Origin: an uncultured Planctomycetia bacterium
GTDB taxonomy: Bacteria; Omnitrophota; Gorgyraeia; Tantalellales; Tantalellaceae
Reading direction: 5' to 3'
Assembly: GCA_964565425.1 (NCBI GenBank)
Contig: CAZMEZ010000003.1
Span: 18,991-82,990, forward strand
DNA length: 64,000 nucleotides
In this document: piece after piece, positions 57,227 to 64,000 of the stretch
How the letters are laid out: every line of letters starts with the position of its first letter
Position numbering within the stretch: position 1 is the first letter of the stretch
Position numbers and translations under genes: made by a program
The notes under the pieces: generated by a model
Told to the model about the DNA's origin: nothing
Seen by the model: the letters and a program-made list of their open reading frames with translations, nothing else
Database searches by the model: none

Positions 57227-58519
57227 ATGGACTGGAAGATAAGCAAAGCCGATTCGGGACTCAGGGGCGTATTGGAAGTGCCGCCCGACAAGAGTATTTC
57301 GCACAGGGCCGTGATGTTCGCTTCCATATCCACCGGGGAATGCAGCATAGCGAATTTTCTTTTCGGCGAGGACTGCGTGAGTACACTCAACGCCTTTCGG
57401 GCAATGGGAGTGGAAATAGCGAAAGAAGGTAAGGGCCTGGCGGTAAAGGGAAGAGGCCTTAAGGGTTTACGCGAGCCGCAGTCCGAGCTTTATCTCGGGA
57501 ATTCCGGGACGACGATGCGTATTATATCCGGGATACTCGCCGGACAGGATTTTACGGCGGTTCTTACCGGCGATGAGTCCCTTTCAAAGCGTCCGATGCG
57601 GCGTATCATGGATCCGCTCAGGATGATGGGGGCAAGCGTAGAATCCATTAATGGAGGGGACCACGCCCCGTTAAAAATAACGGGAGCAAGAGGCTCTCTA
57701 AAGGCTATCGATTGTGTCCTGCCCATGGCCAGTGCCCAGGTGAAGTCGTGTGTGCTGGCAGCCGGTCTTTACGCCGACGGTACGACAAAGGTCACCGAGC
57801 CATTTCAGTCGAGGGACCATACCGAACGTATGCTTGAACTCTTCTCGGCGGATATCAAAAAAGGGGGTCTTGGCACGGAGATCAGTGGGCTGAAGGAACT
57901 TGTTCCCAGGGACATCGTAGTTCCCGGTGATATTTCCAGTGCCGCGTTCTTTATTGTCGCAGCCCTGGTAGTAAAAGGGTCTAAGCTGGTTTTGCGCAAC
58001 GTCGGGCTGAACCCGACGCGGACGGGAATGATCGACGTACTTAAGAGGATGGGGGCGAAAATAAACATTCTTGACCGCTGCAACGGTGTCGAGCCCAAAG
58101 GAGACATAGAGGTCAGGTATTCCGATCTCAGGGGCACGGTCGTGGAAGAAAAAGAGATCCCTCTTTTGATAGACGAGATCCCGGTCCTCGCGGTAGCCGC
58201 GTCCGTAGCCGAAGGGGAGACGGTCATGAGGGGCATAAAAGAGCTTAAGGTCAAAGAGACGGACCGTGTAAAGGCCGTTAAAGACAACCTTTCCCTGATG
58301 GGTGTGAAAACGGGGGAAGAAGGCGACAGTCTTAAGATCAAGGGAACGGCCGCTGCCTTGAGCGCCTCGGAAGTGAATAGCTACGGTGACCACCGAATCG
58401 CCATGAGCATGGCGATAGCCGCGCTGGTGTCCGACGGAACGTGTCTTGTCCGGGATACAAGTTGCGCGGAAACATCCTACCCCGCTTTTTTGCGAGATAT
58501 GGGGAAAATATCGAAGTAA
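57227..58519 (+). CDS. aroA: 3-phosphoshikimate 1-carboxyvinyltransferase (EPSP synthase)
   Basis: SKSISHRAVMFASI and LGNSGTTMR motifs; start at ATG 57227 (the track ORF is extended through an upstream hairpin repeat). Confidence 0.9.
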   Translation: MDWKISKADSGLRGVLEVPPDKSISHRAVMFASISTGECSIANFLFGEDCVSTLNAFRAMGVEIAKEGKGLAVKGRGLKGLREPQSELYLGNSGTTMRIISGILAGQDFTAVLTGDESLSKRPMRRIMDPLRMMGASVESINGGDHAPLKITGARGSLKAIDCVLPMASAQVKSCVLAAGLYADGTTKVTEPFQSRDHTERMLELFSADIKKGGLGTEISGLKELVPRDIVVPGDISSAAFFIVAALVVKGSKLVLRNVGLNPTRTGMIDVLKRMGAKINILDRCNGVEPKGDIEVRYSDLRGTVVEEKEIPLLIDEIPVLAVAASVAEGETVMRGIKELKVKETDRVKAVKDNLSLMGVKTGEEGDSLKIKGTAAALSASEVNSYGDHRIAMSMAIAALVSDGTCLVRDTSCAETSYPAFLRDMGKISK

Positions 58520-58624
58520 ACCGTTTCGAACGGCGGTCTTGCGACATTTTTAGTATATACTCAAAACCTGCGCGGTCTCTCCCTGTAAGCCCCGCCATCC
58601 AGATTATATAACACATAAAAAAAT

Positions 58625-58653
58625 TTGACTTTGCATAAGTTATCTGGTAGTAT
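58625..58653 (+). promoter_or_regulatory. Candidate sigma70 promoter for the mre operon (TTGACT-17-TAGTAT)
   Basis: Hexamers at 17-nt spacing in the AT-rich spacer, ~70 nt upstream of mreB. Confidence 0.5.
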
Positions 58654-58724
58654 TTTTACAAACCATAAAAAGTTGGCTCATAACCCGTTATCAGCAAATG
58701 TATTACAGGGGGTAGAAATATATT

Positions 58725-59783
58725 ATGCAACATTACCTGCAAAGATTCTTCGATAATGTCGTAGGCCTATTCTCCAGTGACATGGGGATAGATCTCGGGA
58801 CCGCCTCCACTCTTGTCTATCTCAAGAATGAGGGCATAGTACTTTGTGAGCCGTCCGTTGTAGCTATCGAGGCCGGGACATCCAATGTTCTTGCCGTAGG
58901 GGAAGAGGCCAAGCGGATGCTCGGAAGGACCCCGGGCAACATCGTGGCTATAAGGCCCATGAGGGATGGTGTTATAGCCGACTTTGAGATAACCGAAGCC
59001 ATGCTAAGATATTTCATCAAAAAGGTGCACAACTCCCGCAGGCTTGTCCGGCCCCGGATCGTGATAGCCGTTCCTTCCGGCATAACCGAAGTGGAAAAAC
59101 GCGCGGTAAAGGATTCCGCCCTTCACGCCGGAGCGCGGGAAGTGTATATGATCGAGGAACCGGTAGCCGCTTCGATAGGTGTCGGCTTGCCCATACAGGA
59201 GCCGTCGGGGAACATGATAATAGACATAGGCGGAGGCACGACAGAGATGGCCGTTATCTCGCTGGCAGGGGTCGTATTTTCCAAGTCCATCAGGATCGGT
59301 GGGGATGAAATGGACGAGGCGATAATAAACTATCTCAAGAGGACCTATAATCTCATGATCGGCGAAAGGACCGCCGAAGAGATCAAGATAAGGATCGGTT
59401 CCGGCTACCCCATGGAAGAAGAGATGACGATGGATGTGAGAGGGCGCGATCTCGTGGCCGGTCTTCCGAAAATGATAACCATAACGAGCGAAGAGATACG
59501 CGAGGCTCTTTCAGAACCTATCGCGCAAATAGTCGAAGCCGTGAGGATCACGCTTGAAAGGACCCCCCCGGAGCTTTCCGCCGACCTCATAGAGAAGGGT
59601 CTGATACTGGCGGGCGGAGGAGCTCTCTTGAGGGGCTTGGATAAACTTATCTCCGAAGAGACGAGTCTTCCGGTCCATCTGGCGGATGACCCGCTGACGG
59701 CCGTAGCTCTGGGTACGGGAAAAGTGCTGAGCGAGATGAGGTATCTCAAGCGGCTCACGGTGGCTCCGAAACTCCATAAATAA
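58725..59783 (+). CDS. mreB: Rod shape-determining protein MreB
   Basis: Actin-like motifs [23 protein letters not shown] and [12 protein letters not shown]. Confidence 0.9.
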   Translation: MQHYLQRFFDNVVGLFSSDMGIDLGTASTLVYLKNEGIVLCEPSVVAIEAGTSNVLAVGEEAKRMLGRTPGNIVAIRPMRDGVIADFEITEAMLRYFIKKVHNSRRLVRPRIVIAVPSGITEVEKRAVKDSALHAGAREVYMIEEPVAASIGVGLPIQEPSGNMIIDIGGGTTEMAVISLAGVVFSKSIRIGGDEMDEAIINYLKRTYNLMIGERTAEEIKIRIGSGYPMEEEMTMDVRGRDLVAGLPKMITITSEEIREALSEPIAQIVEAVRITLERTPPELSADLIEKGLILAGGGALLRGLDKLISEETSLPVHLADDPLTAVALGTGKVLSEMRYLKRLTVAPKLHK

Positions 59784-59791
59784 GTCTCGAT

Positions 59792-60568
59792 GTGCTTACG
59801 TTTTTCAAAAACCAAAAGACCTGGATATCGCTGCTATCCATCCTTATCGCGGCGTTTCTTCTTTTATTCTTACCATCGTTTTCCGCGGGCGTAAAACGCC
59901 TTTCTTCCAATATCCTGCTGGTCCCCGTGAAAGTGTCGAACGGCATCGGCGACCATTTCCGTTCGAAGAGAGAACTCCTTAACGAGAATGAATCCCTCAA
60001 AAAGCGCGGGGGAGAACTCTCGCTTGAGATGCAAAGGTTCGGGGAATTGAAGGGGGAGAATCAGCGTCTTCGCGATCTCCTGCACTTTAAAAGGTCAGTA
60101 GGGGTCGATACCATTTCGGCCGAGGTCATAGCGAGAGATCCCAACGACTGGGCCGGCTCTTTCGTGATAGACAAAGGGGTCGATGACGGGTTGAAGAAGG
60201 ACATGGCGGTATGTTCATCGAAAGGGTTGTTGGGGAAGGTCGTCGATCCACATAAGAGCACGAGTCTGGTGATGCTCATAACCCATCCGGGGTTCAAGAC
60301 GGGCGGCATGCTCAGAGATTCTCGCATCAACGGTATCGTTGTGGGAGAAGGGAAGGGTACCGTGAAGATGCTTTATATTCCCGTGGACGCCGAAGTTAAA
60401 GCGGGAGAAACGGTCATAACATCCGGATTCAGCCGTATATTCCCGAAAGGAATAGTTATCGGTGAAGTGGTTTCCGTGGATCGGAGCAAGACCGGATTAT
60501 ATAAGTATGCGACCATAAAACCTTCGGCGGATTCGTTCACTCAGGAAGAAGTGCTTTGCATTAAGTAA
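59792..60568 (+). CDS. mreC: Rod shape-determining protein MreC
   Basis: N-terminal TM, coiled coil (LKKRGGELSLEMQRFGELKGENQRLRDLL), C-terminal beta domain; position after mreB. Confidence 0.8.
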   Translation: MLTFFKNQKTWISLLSILIAAFLLLFLPSFSAGVKRLSSNILLVPVKVSNGIGDHFRSKRELLNENESLKKRGGELSLEMQRFGELKGENQRLRDLLHFKRSVGVDTISAEVIARDPNDWAGSFVIDKGVDDGLKKDMAVCSSKGLLGKVVDPHKSTSLVMLITHPGFKTGGMLRDSRINGIVVGEGKGTVKMLYIPVDAEVKAGETVITSGFSRIFPKGIVIGEVVSVDRSKTGLYKYATIKPSADSFTQEEVLCIK

Positions 60569-60654
60569 AAGAGCGCGAAACAAGATATCGGGTTCCGCAG
60601 TGCGGACAAATCACAATAAACGGATCCGGCGATCAGCGCCCGCACCCCACACAT

Positions 60655-60704
60655 GTTTGTAATTTGTGATTTGTTCGTAATTTGTGATTTGTGATTTGTG
60701 ATTT
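60655..60704. repeat. Tandem ATTTGTG heptamer array (mreC-mreD spacer)
   Basis: gtaatttgtgatttgttcgtaatttgtgatttgtgatttgtgatttc. Confidence 0.85.
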
Positions 60705-60719
60705 CAAATAAGGTCCCTC

Positions 60720-61202
60720 ATGAAACAACGCGCGATCCTCTATATTCTTCTGTTCGCTTTTTTCTTCCTGCAGGTTTCTTTCATGGGAAGGGTGAATTGG
60801 TTCCCCGACCTGGTCCTTCTGATCGTGATCTTTACGGGCATGTTCCGCGGAAGCGCTGAAGGCGGGCTCATGGGTCTTGCGGCGGGATTTCTCAGGGGAT
60901 GTTTTTCTGTTAACACCTTTGTCCTGGACCTGTTCTTATTTCCGGTGGTCGGCCTGGTCTCGTCCGTTATGCCACGGTTATTTTACCGTCAGAACGCGGC
61001 TGCGCAGGTCTTTGTCGTCCTGCTGGCGTTACTCGCGGTCGTAAATGCCCACGCACTCTACATGAACTCCGTGTGGGGGAATGATGTCAGCCTTCCCGCT
61101 GTTATATTCAACAGCAGGGGAGTATTCGCCGGGACGCTGATCGCCGCCCCCTTGCTTTTTGCTTTTCTTAAAAGGATATTGCATGTGGAGGACGAGGTAT
61201 AG
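60720..61202 (+). CDS. mreD: Rod shape-determining protein MreD
   Basis: ~160 aa polytopic membrane protein between mreC and the PBP2 gene. Confidence 0.6.
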   Translation: MKQRAILYILLFAFFFLQVSFMGRVNWFPDLVLLIVIFTGMFRGSAEGGLMGLAAGFLRGCFSVNTFVLDLFLFPVVGLVSSVMPRLFYRQNAAAQVFVVLLALLAVVNAHALYMNSVWGNDVSLPAVIFNSRGVFAGTLIAAPLLFAFLKRILHVEDEV

Positions 61203-61276
61203 GTGCGCGGTTCGTGGTATACGGTTAGCGGTTTACGGTATTCGAACGACGAACGACGAGCGACGAACGACGAAAA
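61203..61276. repeat. GGTTTACGG / CGAACGA tandem stutter (mreD-mrdA spacer, family F3)
   Basis: ggttcgtggtatacggttagcggtttacggtattcgaacgacgaacgacgagcgacgaacgacg. Confidence 0.8.
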
Positions 61277-62998
61277 ATGAGAACACGGGTATACGCATCG
61301 ATCTTAACCGTTTTTCTGGCGATCCTGCTGGCCGGGCTGGCCTTTATCCAGATATGCATGCACCAGGAATACAAGGTCATGTCGGAGGAGAACAGGCTGA
61401 AGGTAGTTCCCCTGATGGCGCCGAGAGGGACGATACTCGACAGGAACGGGAACGCCATGGTAAAGGATGTCCTGAGCTTCGATGTTTCCGTGATCTACAG
61501 CCAGGTCAAGGAGGTAGATTCTCTTTCCGGGATACTTAGCTCGGTCCTTGCCGTCCCGAAAGATAAGATAGTCGAATACATTAAAGGCTGCCGTTACAGG
61601 CCTTATTCTCCGACGGTTATCCTTACTGATATCGGGACCGAGAATGCCATCCAGCTGGAGGAGCTGGCGATGGACAATCCGGGGCTCTTGATAGAAGTGT
61701 CAGCGAGGCGGGAGTATCTTTACGACGGGACAGCGTCCAATCTTGTGGGATACCTGGGGCTGATAAACCGTTCGGAATTCGAGAGACTCAAGCATTACGG
61801 GTACAGGGTGGACGACCTGGTCGGAAGAGACGGCGTTGAAAAATACTATGACGATTACCTCAGGGGAAAGCACGGCGGTAAACAGGTTGAGGTCGATCAC
61901 AGGGGAAGGGAGGTAAAGGTCCTGGGTTTTCGCGAACCGTTGCCCGGGAAGGACCTCTATCTTAACATCGACCTGGAACTGCAGCGATATTGCGATAGTC
62001 TTCTGGAAGGAAAAAAGGGCGCCATCGTTGTCATGGACCCGCGAAGCGGCGAAGTTCTGGCCATGGCTTCTTCACCGGGATATGATCCTGAGATATTCAT
62101 AGACAGAAAAAAGAGATCCGAGATAGCCGCGATCCTTAAGGATGAACGGTATCCGCTTTTGAACAGGGCCATTACGGGAGCGTATCCGCCGGGGTCGGTA
62201 TTCAAGCTGGTGGTCGCCACCGCGGGGCTCGAGACCAGGACGATAACTCCCCATACCATGTTCGGCTGCGACGGCAGTCTGAGCCTGGGAAGAAGGACCT
62301 TTCATTGCTGGAAAAAGGATGGTCACGGCCTCCAGGATCTCGCGGAAGGTATAAAGAATTCCTGCAATGTGTATTTTTGGAGACTCGGGGGACTTCTGGG
62401 GGTGGATAATATCGCCGAATACGGGGAAGTGTTCGGTATCGGAGAACGAACCGGCATAGATCTTCCCGGGGAGAACCGGGGGCTTTTGCCGACACGCGAA
62501 TGGAAAAAGAAATACCTCAAGGAATCCTGGTACAAAGGCGAGACGCTGAACTATTCCGTAGGGCAGGGTTATATTTTGTGTTCCCCGCTGCAGGTCGCCC
62601 GCATGGTGAGTGTATTTGCCAGCGGGGGGTATCTCGTAAGACCTTACGTGGCGGGTAAAGTTGAAGGCGTGTCCCTTAACGCCCCCCAGCGGGAGAGGGT
62701 GGATGTCTCGGAAGAATCCCTGGAGGTGGTCAGGGAGGGGATGAAAAAGGTCGTGAACGATAGCGACGGTACGGGAAGGAAAGCGAGATTGGATGAAGTG
62801 GTAGTTGCGGGCAAGACGGGAACGGCTCAGACGTCCAGGGGCATGAGCCACGGGTGGTTCGGGGGGTTTGCGCCGTACGAGGACGCCAGGCTTACGGTAG
62901 TGGTATTTGATGAATACGGCGGCAAGGGCGGCTATTACGCGGCGGGTACCGCGGGAAAGATCTTCAAAAAAGCTCATGAAATGGGACTTCTGGGATAA
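61277..62998 (+). CDS. mrdA: Peptidoglycan D,D-transpeptidase MrdA (PBP2)
   Basis: Class B PBP with SVFK, SCN and KTGTAQ motifs, adjacent to the mre genes and rodA. Confidence 0.85.
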   Translation: MRTRVYASILTVFLAILLAGLAFIQICMHQEYKVMSEENRLKVVPLMAPRGTILDRNGNAMVKDVLSFDVSVIYSQVKEVDSLSGILSSVLAVPKDKIVEYIKGCRYRPYSPTVILTDIGTENAIQLEELAMDNPGLLIEVSARREYLYDGTASNLVGYLGLINRSEFERLKHYGYRVDDLVGRDGVEKYYDDYLRGKHGGKQVEVDHRGREVKVLGFREPLPGKDLYLNIDLELQRYCDSLLEGKKGAIVVMDPRSGEVLAMASSPGYDPEIFIDRKKRSEIAAILKDERYPLLNRAITGAYPPGSVFKLVVATAGLETRTITPHTMFGCDGSLSLGRRTFHCWKKDGHGLQDLAEGIKNSCNVYFWRLGGLLGVDNIAEYGEVFGIGERTGIDLPGENRGLLPTREWKKKYLKESWYKGETLNYSVGQGYILCSPLQVARMVSVFASGGYLVRPYVAGKVEGVSLNAPQRERVDVSEESLEVVREGMKKVVNDSDGTGRKARLDEVVVAGKTGTAQTSRGMSHGWFGGFAPYEDARLTVVVFDEYGGKGGYYAAGTAGKIFKKAHEMGLLG

Positions 62999-63016
62999 AA
63001 AGGGAAGACGGATATC

Positions 63017-64000
63017 ATGTTAACTTCCGGCAGAGGCAGGACTGACAGGGTTTTATTCCTGGTCACGCTGCTTATATCTTTTTTCGGGATCATTTTCGTT
63101 TATAGCGCGACCCGGGATTGGCAGAGTGCGGGCGGGGAGTTGAACGCGTACGTGATAAAGCAGGGAGTATGGATGATAGTCGGACTAATCACCGCTATTA
63201 TGCTGGCCGACATGGATTATCTCAGGGCGATGGATTTTTCTTATCTGGTATACGGCCTGAATCTCGCGGCTCTCGTGTTCCTTCTCATGTTCGGCGGCGA
63301 ACGGTTCGGGGCTAGAAGATGGATCGACCTGGGACCCGTATCGATACAACCCTCTGAGTTCGTGAAGATCACCGTGATCATAGCGCTGGCGACTTTCCTG
63401 GGAGAGAGGCGCGAGAAAACCGGGAGTCTGGGCAACTTTGCCGGCGCTGTTATACTTATTTTGCCGGCCGCTTTACTTATATTCCTGCAGCCGGATCTCG
63501 GCACGGCGTTCGTGCTCGTTCCCATACTTTTTTCAATGCTTTTCATTTGCGGCGAAAACCTGAGATACATAATCGGCAGCATGGTTTTGGGGCTGTTGAG
63601 TATGCCTTTGTTCTGGGGATTGCTCAAGGATTACCAAAAAGAAAGACTGCTCGTTTTCATAAATCCCGATATCGACCCCCTGGGCGCGGGATACACGATA
63701 ATACAGTCGAGGATCGCCATAGGATCGGGCGGACTTTTCGGCAAGGGCTGGTTGCACGGCACGCAAAGCCATCTTAAATTTCTGCCTGAAAAACATACCG
63801 ATTTCATCTTTTCGGTGATAGGTGAAGAATGGGGCTTTATGGGAGCCCTGGTGCTGGTGGCGCTTTACCTTATCATGATAGCCAGGGGCATAAGGATAAT
63901 GGCGAACGCGGACGATGTTTACGGCAGGGCCATAGCGGCGGGGATCGTAACTCTTCTGGCTTTCCAGGTGTTCGTGAACATATCTATGACCATAGGGATG
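63017..64000 (+). CDS. rodA: SEDS-family peptidoglycan glycosyltransferase RodA (3'-partial, runs off the window)
   Basis: FtsW/RodA family motifs (QPSEFVKI; EKHTDFIFSVIGEEWGF); ATG 63017 after the mrdA stop. Confidence 0.85.
   Translation, partial: MLTSGRGRTDRVLFLVTLLISFFGIIFVYSATRDWQSAGGELNAYVIKQGVWMIVGLITAIMLADMDYLRAMDFSYLVYGLNLAALVFLLMFGGERFGARRWIDLGPVSIQPSEFVKITVIIALATFLGERREKTGSLGNFAGAVILILPAALLIFLQPDLGTAFVLVPILFSMLFICGENLRYIIGSMVLGLLSMPLFWGLLKDYQKERLLVFINPDIDPLGAGYTIIQSRIAIGSGGLFGKGWLHGTQSHLKFLPEKHTDFIFSVIGEEWGFMGALVLVALYLIMIARGIRIMANADDVYGRAIAAGIVTLLAFQVFVNISMTIGM

Overview
This is a 64 kb chromosomal window from a bacterium, with gene content consistent with a Gram-negative, possibly uncultivated lineage. 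It is almost entirely + strand, densely coding, and mostly housekeeping. The main blocks are as follows. (i) An Rrf2-regulated sulfur amino-acid operon (metY-cysK-metX-metW). (ii) A UvrD-like helicase fused to a C-terminal Cas4/AddB-type nuclease, followed by a YhaM-like 3'-5' exoribonuclease and a zincin-like peptidase. (iii) A ParA-type ATPase fused to a CBM48 (AMPK-beta-like glycogen-binding) domain, followed by arfB and an Smr-domain gene. (iv) A complete dcw cell-wall/division cluster (mraZ-rsmH-ftsL-ftsI-murE-murF-mraY-murD-ftsW-murG-murC-murB-ddl-ftsQ-ftsA) that runs directly into proC-yggT-yggU without ftsZ. (v) mtnP, ileS, a DksA/TraR-like gene, lspA, lgt, rluD and aroA. (vi) mreB-mreC-mreD-mrdA-rodA, with rodA running off the 3' end. 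Three minus-strand genes are credible: a nitroreductase, a GH5/GH113-like glycoside hydrolase and a membrane-anchored CBM-like protein. The glycoside hydrolase has a c-di-GMP-I (GEMM) riboswitch-like aptamer plus an intrinsic terminator in its 5' leader. The most unusual feature is structural and window-wide. Almost every intergenic spacer, including those inside the dcw and mre clusters, consists of stuttering degenerate 7-8 nt tandem words. These usually form long imperfect inverted repeats immediately after stop codons. They fall into several word families that recur at distant sites, and two ~250-450 bp mosaic copies share modules. No CRISPR array, rRNA, tRNA, prophage or transposase was recognised.
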